From assembly GCA_038251165.1 (NCBI GenBank), contig JBBSBP010000016.1, forward strand, positions 8,652 to 72,651: a DNA stretch of 64,000 nt, written 5' to 3'. Shown in pieces: positions 60,575 through 64,000 of this stretch. Within the stretch, counting starts at the first letter, position 1. Each line of letters opens with the position of its first letter. Origin of the DNA: Bacteroidales bacterium. GTDB lineage: Bacteria; Bacteroidota; Bacteroidia; Bacteroidales; Prolixibacteraceae. The notes under the pieces are model-generated. The model did no database searches, was not told the origin of the DNA, and saw only the letters and a list, made by a program, of their open reading frames with translations. The position numbers and the translations under genes are program-made.

Positions 60575-61008
60575 TATTCTGCGATTTCGGATTCAACATA
60601 GTCACGTCTTACAATAAACTTTGTAGTTACGGGTAGTTTTTGAGCAGCAAGACGAAGTGCTTCCTTGGCAACCTCATAAGGAACTCCTTCTGCTTCTATC
60701 AATATTCTACCTGGTGTAATCGGAGCAACAAATGCTTCCGGGGCACCTTTACCTTTACCCATTCGTACCTCTGCAGGTTTTTTAGTAATCGGTTTGTCGG
60801 GGAAAACTCGGATCCAAATTTGACCCTGACGTTGCATATGACGGGTTACCGCAACCCTGGCAGCCTCAATCTGACGCCCGGTAAGCCATGTTTCCTGCAA
60901 CGCTTTTATGCCGAAAGTTCCAAATGCCAACTGATTTCCTCTTTGGGCCAGTCCCTTCATTTTTCCCTTTTGTACTCTTCTGAATTTTGTCTTTTTCGGT
61001 TGTAACAT
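60574..61008 (-). CDS. rplP: 50S ribosomal protein L16
   Basis: [21 protein letters not shown]. Confidence 0.99.
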   Translation of the reverse strand: MLQPKKTKFRRVQKGKMKGLAQRGNQLAFGTFGIKALQETWLTGRQIEAARVAVTRHMQRQGQIWIRVFPDKPITKKPAEVRMGKGKGAPEAFVAPITPGRILIEAEGVPYEVAKEALRLAAQKLPVTTKFIVRRDYVESEIAE

Positions 61009-61036
61009 TCTGCTCTACTTCTGAAAGGTTAACAAC

Positions 61037-61759
61037 TTATTTTTTTCTTTTCTTAAATCCGCTCCCTTTTGGGCCACCGGGTGAAGGACGTCCAGACTTT
61101 TGGTTCTGGCCTACATTTGGTGAAAGGTCACGCTTTCCATAAATCTCGCCTTTGCAGATCCAAACTTTCACACCGAGTAAACCGGTCTTGGTTAAGGCTT
61201 CTGCAAGAGCATAATCTATATCAGCTCTCAGAGTATGCAAAGGAGTACGACCATCTTTATACATTTCTGAACGTGCCATTTCAGCGCCGTTTAAGCGACC
61301 TGAAACCTGAATTTTGATGCCTTGCGCTCCCATTCTCATGGTTGAAGCAATAGCCATTTTAGTCGCACGACGGTAGGCAATTTTACCTTCAATCTGACGG
61401 GCAATGTTTACAGCTACAATTTTGGCATCCAATTCCGGACGTTTGATTTCAAAAATATTGATCTGAACTTCTTTGTTGGTGATCTTCTTTAACTCTTCTT
61501 TCAGTTTATCAACTTCCTGACCACCTTTACCAATAATAATACCTGGTCTGGAGGTGTGAACAGTGATAGTAATAAGCTTCAGTGTACGTTCAATGATAAT
61601 CTTGGAAATACTGGCTTTTGCCAAACGGGCATTCAGATATTCCCTGATTCTAAAATCTTCCACGAGCTTATCGCCATAGTTGTTTCCACCGAACCAATTG
61701 GAATCCCATCCTTTGATGATTCCTAAACGATTAGCGATTGGATTAACTTTTTGTCCCAT
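61037..61759 (-). CDS. rpsC: 30S ribosomal protein S3
   Basis: [28 protein letters not shown]. Confidence 0.99.
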   Translation of the reverse strand: MGQKVNPIANRLGIIKGWDSNWFGGNNYGDKLVEDFRIREYLNARLAKASISKIIIERTLKLITITVHTSRPGIIIGKGGQEVDKLKEELKKITNKEVQINIFEIKRPELDAKIVAVNIARQIEGKIAYRRATKMAIASTMRMGAQGIKIQVSGRLNGAEMARSEMYKDGRTPLHTLRADIDYALAEALTKTGLLGVKVWICKGEIYGKRDLSPNVGQNQKSGRPSPGGPKGSGFKKRKK

Positions 61760-61769
61760 GTATTATTAT

Positions 61770-62183
61770 TTATACTGTTTCTTTAACTTGAATTAAACTA
61801 CCAAGACTAACAGTCACATGATTGGATCTTTTCTTGATCCGGTGTGCACGCCCCTGTGGAGCAGGCATTAGTCTTTTCAATATTCTTCCTGAATCAACAG
61901 CGATAGCTTTCACATACAAATTACTTTCTTCCAGACGACTTCCTTCATTTTTAGCCTGCCAGTTAGCAATAGCTGACATAACTAATTTTTCAAGCCTGCG
62001 TGAAGATTCCTTTGATGAAAACTTAAGTACATCAAGAGCTCTGTTTACTTCCATACCGCGAACCATATCGGCTACCAGCCTCATTTTTCGTGGTGAAGTA
62101 GGACAATTCTTCAAAACTGCAAAATATTGCTGTTTTTTAGCTTCCTTTTGTTCGGTTGCACTATTTCTTTTTCTAGCACCCAT
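61770..62183 (-). CDS. rplV: 50S ribosomal protein L22
   Basis: [28 protein letters not shown]. Confidence 0.98.
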   Translation of the reverse strand: MGARKRNSATEQKEAKKQQYFAVLKNCPTSPRKMRLVADMVRGMEVNRALDVLKFSSKESSRRLEKLVMSAIANWQAKNEGSRLEESNLYVKAIAVDSGRILKRLMPAPQGRAHRIKKRSNHVTVSLGSLIQVKETV

Positions 62184-62220
62184 CGTGAATTCTTTTAATA
62201 GTTAATGAGAATCTCATGCC

Positions 62221-62487
62221 TTACTTTCTTCCTTTGGCATGACCCCTGAAAGTTCTTGTAGGTGCAAATTCACCAAATTTATGGCCAACCATATTTTCAG
62301 TTACATAAACCGGAATGAATTTATTCCCGTTGTGAACTGCAATAGTTTGCCCTACAAAGTCAGGAGAAATTACTGATGCTCTGGCCCATGTCTTGATGAC
62401 CGACTTTTTATTTGTCTCAATCATAGCTAAAACTTTACGTTCGAGCTTGAAATCGATAAAAGGCCCTTTCTTTAATGAACGACTCAT
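62221..62487 (-). CDS. rpsS: 30S ribosomal protein S19
   Basis: [23 protein letters not shown]. Confidence 0.99.
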   Translation of the reverse strand: MSRSLKKGPFIDFKLERKVLAMIETNKKSVIKTWARASVISPDFVGQTIAVHNGNKFIPVYVTENMVGHKFGEFAPTRTFRGHAKGRK

Positions 62488-62503
62488 ATTCTTCTCCGTT
62501 TAA

Positions 62504-63328
62504 TTATTTCTTCCGTTTTTCTACAATATACCTGTTGGAAGCTTTCTTCAGCGAACGGGTTTTGAAGCCTTTAGCTAACAAGCCTTTACGTGAACGCGGA
62601 TGTCCACCTGAAGAACGACCTTCGCCACCACCCATGGGGTGATCAACCGGGTTCATAGCAACACCTCTGACACGAGGTCTTCTACCAAGCCATCTTGAAC
62701 GACCAGCTTTCCCTGATCTTTCGAGGTTATGCTCGGTATTTCCAACAATACCTACTGTAGCACGACAAGTTATGAGTACCATTCTTGATTCGCCTGAAGG
62801 CAATTTCACGATAGCATACTTTCCTTCTCTGGAAGTTAACTGAGCATAAGTTCCGGCACTACGCGCCATCACACCTCCCTGACTGGGATGAAGTTCAATG
62901 TTGTGAACCAGGGTTCCTAGGGGTATTTCAGCTAGTGGTAATGTATTCCCTATTTCAGGTGACACACCTGTTCCGCTCTCGATTTTCTGGCCAACTTTTA
63001 ATCCGTTGGGAGCCAGCATATACCTTTTTTCACCATCTGGAAAAACCAGCAGTGCAATTCGAGCGGTACGGTTTGGATCATACTGAATAGATTCAACAAC
63101 AGCAGCAATTCCGTCTTTATCTCTTTTGAAATCGATAAAACGGTATTTGCGTTTGTGGCCACCACCTATATACCTCATTGTCATGCGACCCTGGCTGTTA
63201 CGACCGCCAGATCTCGTCATGGGCTTCAACAATGATTTTTCAGGTGTTGATGCAGTAATGGACTCAAAGGTCCCGGCAATCTTGTGCCTTTGCCCCGGAG
63301 TAACTGGATTTAATTTTCTTACTGCCAT
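62504..63328 (-). CDS. rplB: 50S ribosomal protein L2
   Basis: [28 protein letters not shown]. Confidence 0.99.
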   Translation of the reverse strand: MAVRKLNPVTPGQRHKIAGTFESITASTPEKSLLKPMTRSGGRNSQGRMTMRYIGGGHKRKYRFIDFKRDKDGIAAVVESIQYDPNRTARIALLVFPDGEKRYMLAPNGLKVGQKIESGTGVSPEIGNTLPLAEIPLGTLVHNIELHPSQGGVMARSAGTYAQLTSREGKYAIVKLPSGESRMVLITCRATVGIVGNTEHNLERSGKAGRSRWLGRRPRVRGVAMNPVDHPMGGGEGRSSGGHPRSRKGLLAKGFKTRSLKKASNRYIVEKRKK

Positions 63329-63334
63329 TTTATA

Positions 63335-63625
63335 TTAAATATTACTGTAAAAATCAATAACTTCTCCTTTTGCTATTGTAACAATAGCTTTTTTGCTCAT
63401 TCCGGTATTTCCGGTAATGACTCCGGCTTTGGTAAAGCGAGATTTTCTTTTACCACCGTTAATTAATGTATTGACAGATTCCACTGAAACATTATAAAAA
63501 CTTTCAATAGCTTTTCTAATCTGCAATTTATTCGCGTTCCGATTAACGATAAAACCATAGCGGTTAAGACCTTCGGCCTGACCTGTCATCTTTTCGGTAA
63601 CGATCGGTTTAATTAAAATTTCCAT
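63335..63625 (-). CDS. rplW: 50S ribosomal protein L23
   Basis: IKPIVTEK, ANKLQI..AIE, KKAIVT. Confidence 0.97.
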   Translation of the reverse strand: MEILIKPIVTEKMTGQAEGLNRYGFIVNRNANKLQIRKAIESFYNVSVESVNTLINGGKRKSRFTKAGVITGNTGMSKKAIVTIAKGEVIDFYSNI

Positions 63626-63636
63626 TTTCAAGCCTT

Positions 63637-64000
63637 TTAAATCTTAAACAATTCTTCAATTTTACTCACTGAACTTTCCAGAACTATTACTTTTTTTGCA
63701 TTCAAAATCTGATAAGTATTTAATTCTAAAGCAGTTGTGACGGAAATAGTCTCTAAATTTCTGGAGGACAAATATATATTTTTATTTTCTTCCGGTAAAA
63801 CGAAAAGTGACTTTTTATCATTAATTTTCAGATTATTACTGATTTGCACCATTTCGCGCGTTTTTGGAGATTCAAAAGAGAAATCTTCAACGACCAGAAT
63901 TGCTTCTTCAAGGGCTTTATAGGTTAAAGCTGACTTACGTGCAAGCGACTTAACTTTTTTGTTTAACTTAAAGTCATAGTTTCTTGGACGTGGACCAAAT
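63637..64000 (-). CDS. rplD: 50S ribosomal protein L4, 5' partial
   Basis: [25 protein letters not shown]...[15 protein letters not shown]; runs off the window edge. Confidence 0.95.
   Translation of the reverse strand, partial: FGPRPRNYDFKLNKKVKSLARKSALTYKALEEAILVVEDFSFESPKTREMVQISNNLKINDKKSLFVLPEENKNIYLSSRNLETISVTTALELNTYQILNAKKVIVLESSVSKIEELFKI

Overview
Chromosomal window from a Bacteroidota bacterium, probably an anaerobic Marinilabiliales/Prolixibacteraceae-like lineage. The assignment is inferred from recurrent TAnnTTTG -7 promoter motifs, Bacteroidota-type ribosomal proteins and TonB-receptor/lipoprotein content. From left to right: (1-5 kb) AT-rich lipoprotein genes separated by attC-like boundary relics, then a 1.8 kb mosaic of four decayed genes; (5-14 kb) MscS/DUF432, an ECF sigma/anti-sigma/DUF4252 trio, eno, dacB and ilvC; (14.5-21.3 kb) two AraC regulators and a four-gene methanol:corrinoid methyltransferase module (MtaC-like corrinoid protein, MtaB, COG0523 GTPase, RamA/RACE-type activator) lying between ilvN and ilvC; (21.4-26 kb) ilvDBN preceded by two complete Ile/Leu/Val leader-peptide attenuators in tandem, neither in the ORF track; (26-51 kb) a truncated PAS kinase, tRNA-Lys(CTT), housekeeping and regulatory genes (asnB, ychF, hutH, hisS, ettA, an ECF operon with a duplicated promoter motif, tandem Bro-N genes); (51-64 kb) the S10-spc-alpha ribosomal protein cluster from partial rplD to rplQ. 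The most notable items are the MtaBC module in a Bacteroidota genome and the tandem attenuator. All calls come from reading the sequence and recalling family motifs; no database searches were run.
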